64,000 nucleotides of DNA, from assembly GCA_016928865.1 (NCBI GenBank), contig JAFGJX010000105.1:5786-69785 (forward strand), given 5' to 3'. The position numbers and the translations under genes were made by a program. How positions within the stretch are numbered: the stretch's first letter is position 1; every line of letters starts with the position of its first letter. Below the pieces are notes generated by a model. It did no database searches, was not told where the DNA came from, and saw only the letters and a list, made by a program, of their open reading frames with translations. The stretch is from Spirochaetota bacterium. Its GTDB lineage: Bacteria > Spirochaetota > UBA4802 > UBA5550. Shown here one piece after another: positions 36,488 to 44,298 of this stretch.

Positions 36488-37708
36488 ATGTATCCTGCTG
36501 TGGATGGTGTTGTCGGGATGGACCAGAAAACATCTGCCGTGATTGTTGCCGATATTATCCGTTTTTTTTCGTTTGCGCGCGAGCTTAATGAATCCGTGAC
36601 ACGGCGCGTCAATCAGGCGGGGAACCTCAGGGAAGCGGGCGAGCGGTCTCTTCAGCTCTGTGAAGCGCTGGCCGCCGAGACCGACCTCGGCGTCAAGGCT
36701 GACATGGCGCTGCGCGAACAATTCGCCTCCATCAGCCACCTCTGCTCAATGCTCGTCATGACTATCGAAAAGCAGAAGGAATCTGTCTTGACGCTGCGTG
36801 CGGCGGGGCTGGTGGACCCGAAGATCGAAAAACGCCTGATGTACAGGCTCCTCATGCTGAGTGAATCCCTTCAGAAAGCCGTTTCCCTGCTGCAGGGCAT
36901 GAGCGAGAGGAGCGCCGCGATGGTGCTGGCGGGAAACAGGGTCGAGCGCTATTGCGCCTTGGCTGCCGGACACATCAAAGATTTTTCCAAAAGTGCCGTA
37001 CGGTTTCGGAAACGCGCTGACGAAGAGCTGCGTCTGTACGGCATCAAGGCGATCAAGAGGGACCTGTCGGAAAAGTATGTTTCGCGCGCTGTCTCGGCCG
37101 TCTCGTCTGAAGAGATGGGCGGACTTTCCCGGCTGGTCGACGAAGTCAGGGAGGAGCTGAAAATTGAGGGCGATATGTCGGCAAGCCTGGCTCAACGCGG
37201 CTCCTGCCCGGCTGAGACCGGGGATCTTGCGCCGGATGCGCGCCTTGCGGCACTCAGGATAAGTGACCTGGTCAGCGAGATAAATTCGATTCACCGTGAG
37301 AACCTGGAGGAGATGGCGCAGCTTACGGTGATACTCTCGCTCGAGATCGAGGAGTATCTGAGAATACGGGACATATTCGACCCGGACCGGCCCGGGGATG
37401 AAGCAGCGGGCGAAGCGCACTTTGCGCTCACGGATCTGTCGGTCTTGCTTGATCTTTCATGCAATGCCGTTCAGAACCTGATTGACATGAATAATTACCT
37501 GATGGAATTATTCGATTCAAGCGCGAAACGCGAAGAGCGGGCTGCCGGGATATCCGCTGATTATCTCGCTACCTGGAATGCGGTCATGAGCGACCTTGAA
37601 CCGATGGAGAAACAGCATGCGGATATCCTCGACGGGCTTCAGAAGAACCTTATAATCGGCCAGGTGCTTGAAAAAAACCTTGTAAAGGCGATCGACACCA
37701 TATCCTGA
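36488..37708 (+). CDS. Hypothetical all-helical protein upstream of the flagellin genes
   Basis: 406-aa ORF with helix-rich, coiled-coil-like composition and no recognised family. Start uncertain (ATG 36488 or 36518). Confidence 0.45.
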   Translation: MYPAVDGVVGMDQKTSAVIVADIIRFFSFARELNESVTRRVNQAGNLREAGERSLQLCEALAAETDLGVKADMALREQFASISHLCSMLVMTIEKQKESVLTLRAAGLVDPKIEKRLMYRLLMLSESLQKAVSLLQGMSERSAAMVLAGNRVERYCALAAGHIKDFSKSAVRFRKRADEELRLYGIKAIKRDLSEKYVSRAVSAVSSEEMGGLSRLVDEVREELKIEGDMSASLAQRGSCPAETGDLAPDARLAALRISDLVSEINSIHRENLEEMAQLTVILSLEIEEYLRIRDIFDPDRPGDEAAGEAHFALTDLSVLLDLSCNAVQNLIDMNNYLMELFDSSAKREERAAGISADYLATWNAVMSDLEPMEKQHADILDGLQKNLIIGQVLEKNLVKAIDTIS

Positions 37709-37820
37709 GCGCCGGCCTTCGATACCTCCCGATGCTTTCCGTGGCGAGCCCTGCAATAATATTAATACGAATTATCAAAAAAATCGCCAGATAGCTAAAA
37801 AAACACGCGTATAGATATTA

Positions 37821-37849
37821 TTGATAGATATTTTATCATATTTTAAAAT
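37821..37849 (+). promoter_or_regulatory. Candidate sigma70-type promoter embedded in an ATAGATATT repeat cluster, far upstream of flaB1
   Basis: TTGATA (37821-37826), 17-nt spacer, TAAAAT (37844-37849). Overlapped by three copies of ATAGATATT(T). Confidence 0.3.
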
Positions 37850-38165
37850 AAATATCTATAATAGCCTTCAATCATCTTCTACGGCCCTCAATCTCCCAGC
37901 CAAAGGTGGCGAAAATTCGAATAGGGACACGTGTGTCTCTTCTTTACTCGACGAGATCTTTGAAAACGTTTCAAACTGGGAAGGCTATTTCTGCACTACG
38001 ATCATTCCGGTCTTGTATACGCCCAAATGCAAGCCTGGAATGTTTCGAACCCGGCTGTTGCATAAGGCTTCAGCCCTTTCTAACTGGTGGTATTCATTCG
38101 GTTCCGCCGCCCTCGGGACCGAATGGCATGGAAGCCAGAATACTTAAAGCACAAAGGAGTGTAAA

Positions 38166-39017
38166 ATGATTATCAATCACAACATGAGTGCAATCAACGC
38201 CAACCGGTCACTCAAGTTCAATGGATGGGAGATCCAGAAGAACATGGAAAAACTCTCATCCGGACTGAGGATCAACAGGGCGGGCGATGACGCGTCAGGA
38301 CTGGCTGTGTCCGAGAAGATGAGGACCCAGATCCAGGGGCTGCGGCAGGCCGAGAGAAACACCGAGGACGGAATGTCGTTTATACAGACCGCCGAAGGGT
38401 ATCTCGACCAGACCTCATCCATAATCCAGCGCGTCAGGGTCCTTGCCGTACAGGCTGCGAACGGTATCTATTCAAATGAAGACCGGCAGCTTATACAGGT
38501 TGAGGTTTCCGCCCTTGTCGATGAGGTTGACAGGATTGCATCTCAGGCAGAGTTCAACAAGTTTAAAGTACTGACGGGAGATTACTCCCGGACCAATCCC
38601 AGGGCCAGCATGTGGTTCCAGCTCGGGGCCAACAAGGACCAGCGCGAGCGGGTGTATATCGGGACGATGACGGCACAGGCCCTCAAGTTCCGCGATGCCA
38701 CCGGCAAGATTCTGGTCACGATTTCGGCTCCCGGCGGCGCAAATGACACCATCGGGATAATGGATGCGGCACTGCAGAGACTTGCCAAGCAGCGGGCCGA
38801 TCTCGGCGCCTATTACAACAGGCTCGAGATGACGGCGAAGGGGCTGATGAATGCGTATGAAAACACGCAGGCGTCGGAATCCCGGATCCGCGACGCCGAT
38901 ATGGCGGAGGAGATGGTTGGCTTTTCAAAAAACCAGGTCCTCGTTCGTACCGGCGCGGCCATGCTCGCGCAGGCCAACATCCAGGGTCAATCAGTATTGA
39001 AATTGCTCGGTGCCTGA
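38166..39017 (+). CDS. flaB: Flagellin, spirochaetal core type (FlaB)
   Basis: [16 protein letters not shown]...[46 protein letters not shown]...AMLAQAN. AAAGGAG RBS. 283 aa, as is typical of FlaB. Confidence 0.95.
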   Translation: MIINHNMSAINANRSLKFNGWEIQKNMEKLSSGLRINRAGDDASGLAVSEKMRTQIQGLRQAERNTEDGMSFIQTAEGYLDQTSSIIQRVRVLAVQAANGIYSNEDRQLIQVEVSALVDEVDRIASQAEFNKFKVLTGDYSRTNPRASMWFQLGANKDQRERVYIGTMTAQALKFRDATGKILVTISAPGGANDTIGIMDAALQRLAKQRADLGAYYNRLEMTAKGLMNAYENTQASESRIRDADMAEEMVGFSKNQVLVRTGAAMLAQANIQGQSVLKLLGA

Positions 39018-39330
39018 CGGTGCCGGGACGGATCTCGAGAGTAAAGAAAAAAGAGTTCTTTGAAAATTCAGCGCGATTCTCATCCCTCCGGATGCCGGAA
39101 CGACTGTCCTGCGCCCGGTCGTTCCGGCGGCCGGTGATGCGGGGAGGGCATCACCGGCCGTCGGAATAACCGTGGCCGGTGTTGTCATGATCATGGGCAG
39201 TCAGGACGGCACGACAAGGAGACAACCTTCGGACCGCAAGTCGGTCCCTGCCGCACCATGAGGGGCGGCGGAAAAACGCGGGCCGTGTCGCACACCAATG
39301 CGGCCCGGACCAAAACAAGGGAGGGAACCT

Positions 39331-40176
39331 ATGAGAATCAATCACAACATGAGCGCTGTATTCGCAAGCAGGAATCTGACGGAGGTGGGGAACCGGCTGG
39401 ACAAGAGCATGGAGCGGCTCTCGTCCGGCGAGCTGATCAACCGTGCCGGCGATGACGCCACCGGTCTGGCCGTATCCGAGAAGATGCGCACCCAGATCAA
39501 CGGCCTGGTCCAGGCTGAAAAGAACGCCCTGAACGGGCTCTCTTTTATCCAGGTCGCGGAGTCGTCATTTCAGCAGCTGAACGAGATCATGCAGCGGATA
39601 AGAGTCCTCTCTATCCAGTCGGCGAACGGAATTTATTCCACGAGCGACCGGTTTCAGATACAGGTTGAGGTGTCTCAGCTTGTTGACGAGATCGACCGCA
39701 TCGCCACTTCCGCGGAATTCAACAGGATGAAGATGCTCCGGGGTGAGTATGGAAAGAACAGCAAAACCGGAAGCATGTTTTTTCATGTTGGAGCCAATCA
39801 GAACCAGCGGATCAGGGTGTATATCGCAACCGTCAGCTCGAAAGCCTTCAACCTGGTAAATGAAGTGAACAGCAAGCGGACGATATCAAACGTGGCCGGC
39901 GCGAACGCGATGATAGGGTATGTCGATACGGCCCTGGACAGGCTGAATCGGCAAAGGGCAGACCTTGGAGCGTATTACAACCGGCTGGAAAACACGATAA
40001 AAGCCCTGGGGGACACCTATGAGAACATGATGGCCGCTGATTCTCGGATACGCGATGCGGATATGGCGGCTGAAATGGTTGAATTCACAAAGGACCAGAT
40101 CCTCGTTCAGACGAGTGCTGCGATGCTGGCGCAGGCCAACGCAAAGCCGAAGCTGATCATGAAGCTGTTTGACTGA
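39331..40176 (+). CDS. flaB: Flagellin, spirochaetal core type (FlaB), second paralogue
   Basis: MRINHNMSAVFASRNL...[24 protein letters not shown]...AMLAQANAKP. Start trimmed to ATG 39331 after GGGAGGGA. Confidence 0.95.
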   Translation: MRINHNMSAVFASRNLTEVGNRLDKSMERLSSGELINRAGDDATGLAVSEKMRTQINGLVQAEKNALNGLSFIQVAESSFQQLNEIMQRIRVLSIQSANGIYSTSDRFQIQVEVSQLVDEIDRIATSAEFNRMKMLRGEYGKNSKTGSMFFHVGANQNQRIRVYIATVSSKAFNLVNEVNSKRTISNVAGANAMIGYVDTALDRLNRQRADLGAYYNRLENTIKALGDTYENMMAADSRIRDADMAAEMVEFTKDQILVQTSAAMLAQANAKPKLIMKLFD

Positions 40177-40223
40177 GGATCGTGACTCGAACGGGGATGT
40201 CCAGGCAGTGCGGACCGCCCCGT

Positions 40224-40288
40224 CCCTCTCCGGCCGCGGCGCCGGGAGCGCTACCGGTTCCGATTGCCGGAGAGGGAATGTCTTTTTT
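40224..40288 (+). terminator. Candidate terminator after flaB2
   Basis: 11-bp stem CCCTCTCCGGC (40224-40234) / GCCGGAGAGGG (40266-40276) with a large loop, then aatgTCTTTTTT. The T-run is offset by 4 nt, so confidence is moderate. Confidence 0.5.
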
Positions 40289-40335
40289 AAAAGGGAGGTT
40301 GGGAGAGTTTCTCCCGTTAACATGGAGGTTAGGAA

Positions 40336-40692
40336 ATGAACATCAAGAGCGTTACTGGTGAACCGATCGGAGCGGTCGGCAGGTACGCTAGGAAAGCCGA
40401 TGCGCCCGAGCAGGACGCTGCGGTACAGTCGTCGACGAGGATATCACCACAGAGCGGCAAGGATCTCGGTGCAAGGGAGATATCGGAGCTGGTCGACCGG
40501 CTGAATAATGGCGTGCGCGACATCCATGAGCGGATGTCATTCTCGTATCATGAAAAGACCCAGCGAATTATCGTCAGGGTCATGAACAACGACACCAACG
40601 AGGTGGTTCGCGAGATCCCTTCAAAGGAAGCGATCCGGCTCCTCGAGCACATCCAGGATTTTCTGGGGATGCTGGTTGACGAATCTCGATAG
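40336..40692 (+). CDS. flaG: FlaG-family flagellar protein
   Basis: C-terminal FlaG pattern MSFSYHEKTQRIIVRVMNNDTNEVVREIPSKEAIRLLEHIQDFLGMLVDE. RBS GGAGG. Confidence 0.8.
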   Translation: MNIKSVTGEPIGAVGRYARKADAPEQDAAVQSSTRISPQSGKDLGAREISELVDRLNNGVRDIHERMSFSYHEKTQRIIVRVMNNDTNEVVREIPSKEAIRLLEHIQDFLGMLVDESR

Positions 40693-40842
40693 TTGATGCC
40701 GTAAGGCCGTTGTTTTTGCATAATGAACATCCCAAAGAGGGTATTTGTGCCCTCCCGCTCAAGCTATGTCCGCGGCAGAATCCGCCCTCCATTCTGAAAA
40801 ACCAGTAATTAATACCTTCCGGTCCAGGTTGATAATAGATTT

Positions 40843-40942
40843 TGTTGCAATATTGAATTTTCAAGGGAGCCATAGGGGCGAAGCCCCAAGTAAGCTCCCC
40901 GCCGGGTCTTACGGCGAGCGCGAGACGCAGTTTCGCAGCAAG
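40843..40942 (+). repeat. Conserved ~100-nt intergenic element, copy 1 (candidate structured cis-regulatory RNA)
   Basis: Aligns by eye at about 80 percent identity with 51628-51729. Identical blocks are gctccccgccggg (13 nt) and cggcgagcgcgagacgcagtttcgca (26 nt). The same hairpins can form in both copies. Confidence 0.85.
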
Positions 40943-41062
40943 TTTAGAATTTTTTTCGGAATTTTTAGAATAATCTCATTAAATTTCAATATTATGTCGA
41001 TAAAGAAGATGCAGGGTCATTATGCGCGGACAGTGCCACAATAAGCTAGGGAGGGCTTTCAT

Positions 41063-43090
41063 ATGCCGATATCGATGAGCGGTATGGCGTCAGGAATGGA
41101 TACCGATGCCATTGTTGAAAAGCTGGTCAATGTAGAATCCAGACCGATCAAGCAGCTCGAAATCAGGAAACGAAACCACAACTCCAGGAAGGAGGGTCTC
41201 AAGGCGCTGGGGAAGTATCTGGATGATATGAATTCCGCGGCGCGGGAACTCTATGGCTTTGGCTCCTCGTTCAATGATAAGAAGGTCCTTCTCTCAGACA
41301 GCTCGGTCCTTGATGCAAAGGCGACTGCCGGCGCAGACAGCGGAGATAAAAAGATAAAGGTCATCCAGCTGGCATCATCCCACAAGGTTTCCACCGATCC
41401 GGTGGATGAGAAGGCGCTGTTGCCGGCCGGGACGTTTACCATAGAAGTCGGCGGGGCCAGGCAGGCGATCAAGTTCAAGGGAGGAACGCTGAAAGAGCTC
41501 GAAGAGAAGATCAGGGACACCGCTTCCGATCTGGTAACAGCATCGTATCTCCGCAAGGAGGGGAACGACTATGTGCTTACCCTCCAGTCAAAAAGAACGG
41601 GCGAGAAAGGCGAGATCAGGCTCACCGGGGACAAGGATCTCCTCGAGAAGGCAGGGCTCATAAGCGGAAAGGCGCAGGCGGAGAAGAAAGAGGTCGCGGT
41701 GACCTTCGATGCGCGGTATTTTACCTCATACATGGGCGAGAACAGGCCCGGGTCTGAAAGCGGCAGCCTTCGGGTCGGCGACGGAGGGAGATCGGTGAGC
41801 CTTCAGGGGCTTGTCTGGCGCGAATACGCCCTCCCGGTCGAAATCGTGCTCCAGCCCGATACCATGATCGAGTTTGACGTGTCGTATGGCGAGAAGAAGA
41901 GCGACGATTCCATTATTCCGGGACGCCTCAGGCTCGGGCCGGAAGAGAAGATCAACATAAAGGGCATAATACTCGAGGGGTACAATATCGAGCGGAAGCG
42001 CGAGGGGAGGAAAGAGAAAGCCCCGCTGTTTGACAGCCTGGTCGGGATCGGGCTGGTGTCGACGGACGGGAGCAGGCGCACCGAGAGGATATACCCCGTG
42101 GCGAGCGACGTCCGCGGTGCGGCCAGGATAGAAGCGGGCAAAGATTTCAAGAAGGGCGCGATAAGCAAGATCGTCCTTTACTGCAACAGCGGGACCGTCG
42201 AAATTGCCAATGTCCGGATCGCCACGCCGGTTGAGGCGAAGGACTGGTACGCGATGAAGAACGTGATCGGCGCTCCGCGCGATGCGCGCCTCTCCGTTGA
42301 CGGCGTGGAGATATCCAGGGACAGGAACGACAAACTGACCGACGTCATCCGGGGCGTTGACCTGACCCTCAAGCGCGTCTCGGATCGCGAGGTCGGCCTC
42401 ACCATCGAACAGAACGCCGATGCGCCGGTCGACAGGATAAAGAAGTTCGTGGATGCGTACAACAAGTATCTCGATTACCAGCGCGATCTCACCCGGGCCG
42501 CGAAGGCGGAGAAGCCCGGGGACTATGAGAAAGTGGCTTCCCAGTCAGGCCTCTTTGTCGGGGACATGACGCTGATGCGGCTGCAGAGCACGCTCCAGTC
42601 GACGGTTACCAGCGCCTACGTGAGTCCCTCCGATAAGCCGGTACGGATGCTTTCCCAGATGGGGGTGTCAACCGGAGCCATCAACGCGGACTGGGAATCG
42701 ATCAAATCCGGGAAGCTCCTGGTTGACGAATCCCTGTTGAGAAAAACGATCGAGGAGAATCCTGACGGGGTCGCCGAATTCTTCGGGTTCGATTCCGACG
42801 GCGACGGCAAGCCGGACAACGGAATGGCGGTCAAGTTCGTGTACGTCCTCAAGCCGTATGTCTCCTCGGGTAAAAATATCATTGCCGCGAAGATCGACCT
42901 CGAGGAGAACTCCATCAAGCTCGCCGATGACAGCATCAGGCAGAAGGAAGATCACCTGAAGGCGTATCAGGAAAAGCTAAAGAGAAAGTTCGCCTCAATG
43001 GAACAGGCGATCAGCGAGACAAACGCGCAGAAGCAGTGGATGAAATACCAGCTCAGCAGCCAGGAAAAGGATTCCGGCAGCGGGAAATAA
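41063..43090 (+). CDS. fliD: Flagellar filament capping protein
   Basis: N-terminus MSGMASGMDTDAIVEKLVNVESRPIKQLE and C-terminal coiled region typical of FliD. GGGAGGG RBS. Confidence 0.9.
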   Translation: MPISMSGMASGMDTDAIVEKLVNVESRPIKQLEIRKRNHNSRKEGLKALGKYLDDMNSAARELYGFGSSFNDKKVLLSDSSVLDAKATAGADSGDKKIKVIQLASSHKVSTDPVDEKALLPAGTFTIEVGGARQAIKFKGGTLKELEEKIRDTASDLVTASYLRKEGNDYVLTLQSKRTGEKGEIRLTGDKDLLEKAGLISGKAQAEKKEVAVTFDARYFTSYMGENRPGSESGSLRVGDGGRSVSLQGLVWREYALPVEIVLQPDTMIEFDVSYGEKKSDDSIIPGRLRLGPEEKINIKGIILEGYNIERKREGRKEKAPLFDSLVGIGLVSTDGSRRTERIYPVASDVRGAARIEAGKDFKKGAISKIVLYCNSGTVEIANVRIATPVEAKDWYAMKNVIGAPRDARLSVDGVEISRDRNDKLTDVIRGVDLTLKRVSDREVGLTIEQNADAPVDRIKKFVDAYNKYLDYQRDLTRAAKAEKPGDYEKVASQSGLFVGDMTLMRLQSTLQSTVTSAYVSPSDKPVRMLSQMGVSTGAINADWESIKSGKLLVDESLLRKTIEENPDGVAEFFGFDSDGDGKPDNGMAVKFVYVLKPYVSSGKNIIAAKIDLEENSIKLADDSIRQKEDHLKAYQEKLKRKFASMEQAISETNAQKQWMKYQLSSQEKDSGSGK

Positions 43091-43112
43091 TTAGCAACGA
43101 TGGAGGGGCCTC

Positions 43113-44111
43113 GTGGAAGTCCTGATCAATGATTGTCCCGTAGATTTTGAACTCGAGCGGGAGGGCACGGTTTCGGATATTGTGCAATCCGTCGCGGAAT
43201 GGACCCGCGAGCGGGACCTTGTGTTCTACGAATTATATGTTGACGATGAGCACTATGCGGTCGAAGCGGCGCCGGACAGGGGGCTCTCGGGCGTACGTGT
43301 GATCAACTGCATTGTGCACTCACGGGCGGATATCGTGTTTTCCTCCATCGAGGAGGCGGCGCGCTATTGCGATCGCGCGGCGTCGTACCTTGACGGCATC
43401 CTGGAAGCGGGCGCCTGCGGGCAGGGCGATGTCGACGATCTGCTGGCCGGCATCTCCTGGCTTCTCGAGGTCCTTGGCCGCGTATGCTCCCTCCTGGGCC
43501 TGGATTACAAAGGGCTCAAGTACGGGGACCGCGACCTGTCGCGGCACATCCGCGAGGTCGAATCCTTCCGAGACGCGCTTGCCGGCGCGGGCGCCGGCGG
43601 CGTTATGGAGGTCATACGCGCCAACAGTGACATTTTCACGAACATACGCCAGATCTTAAGGATGCTCATGCTGGGCGAAGAGATGCGCTCGCTCATTGTC
43701 AGGAGCATTGATTCGCCCGATGTCCTCATTGCCTCGATCCGGCAGGTCGGTGAGGATCTCGAGGGGCAGCTTGCCGGAATTCAGGCGGCGGCGGTGGCAT
43801 TCCAGACAGGGAAGGACGCTGAAGGGTCGGAGCGTCTCAGAGCGTTCGTCGATTTTATCTACCGGTATATTCGAACCTGTTACCAGATCGTCCCGGTGTT
43901 CGGCATAGACCTCTCGCAAATCGAGGTCAATGGCGAGAGCCTCGAGCAGAAAAATCACACCCTTCGCGACCACCTGCATGAAGTGACCACGATCATGGAG
44001 AACGGCGATATCATCAGCCTGTCTGACATTCTCGAGTACGAGATCAAGCCCGTGCTGGAAAACCTGGGAGATTATATCGATTTGCTCCTGGGAAAGATCG
44101 TGCGCAAGTAG
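43113..44111 (+). CDS. Hypothetical helical protein in the position usually occupied by fliS
   Basis: 332-aa ORF. GTG start 4 nt after GGAGGGG, 22 nt after the fliD stop. No family recognised. Confidence 0.5.
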   Translation: MEVLINDCPVDFELEREGTVSDIVQSVAEWTRERDLVFYELYVDDEHYAVEAAPDRGLSGVRVINCIVHSRADIVFSSIEEAARYCDRAASYLDGILEAGACGQGDVDDLLAGISWLLEVLGRVCSLLGLDYKGLKYGDRDLSRHIREVESFRDALAGAGAGGVMEVIRANSDIFTNIRQILRMLMLGEEMRSLIVRSIDSPDVLIASIRQVGEDLEGQLAGIQAAAVAFQTGKDAEGSERLRAFVDFIYRYIRTCYQIVPVFGIDLSQIEVNGESLEQKNHTLRDHLHEVTTIMENGDIISLSDILEYEIKPVLENLGDYIDLLLGKIVRK

Positions 44112-44298
44112 ACCCTATGATTGATGATGCAATTCTGCCTGTCTGAAGTGAGCTATTGATGGGATGCCCCTCCGGGGGATTTAGGGGGGCTGATATCGAG
44201 AGGTGATTTGCGACACGATCCACCTGTATTCTCCTTGACAATCCAGCGTGGAATTTTCCAGATATTTATCCAGCACTCGAATTATTGCAAATACAACC

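Noticed and set aside
37821-38169. 108-aa and 87-aa ORFs within the flaB1 upstream region
   Set aside because: They have no RBS, unusual composition and overlapping frames. I treat them as non-coding leader sequence.
40843-40942. Interpreting the repeated element as a MITE or REP-type mobile repeat
   Set aside because: The terminal inverted repeats are only 5-7 bp, there are no obvious target-site duplications, and there are only two copies, both in the same orientation before related genes. This cannot be excluded without genome-wide copy counts, so it is listed as the refutation test of the main finding.
40980-41003. Possible sigma-28 promoter upstream of fliD (TAAA ... GTCGATAA)
   Set aside because: The -10 matches GCCGATAA at 7 of 8 positions. 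The spacing to the nearest TAAA is only 12 nt, against the expected ~15. I left it uncalled, but it is worth checking with TSS data.
40745-41044. 99-aa ORF spanning copy 1 of the repeated element
   Set aside because: It has no RBS. The indels between the two element copies shift the frame, so no peptide is conserved. An RNA or DNA element explains the region better.
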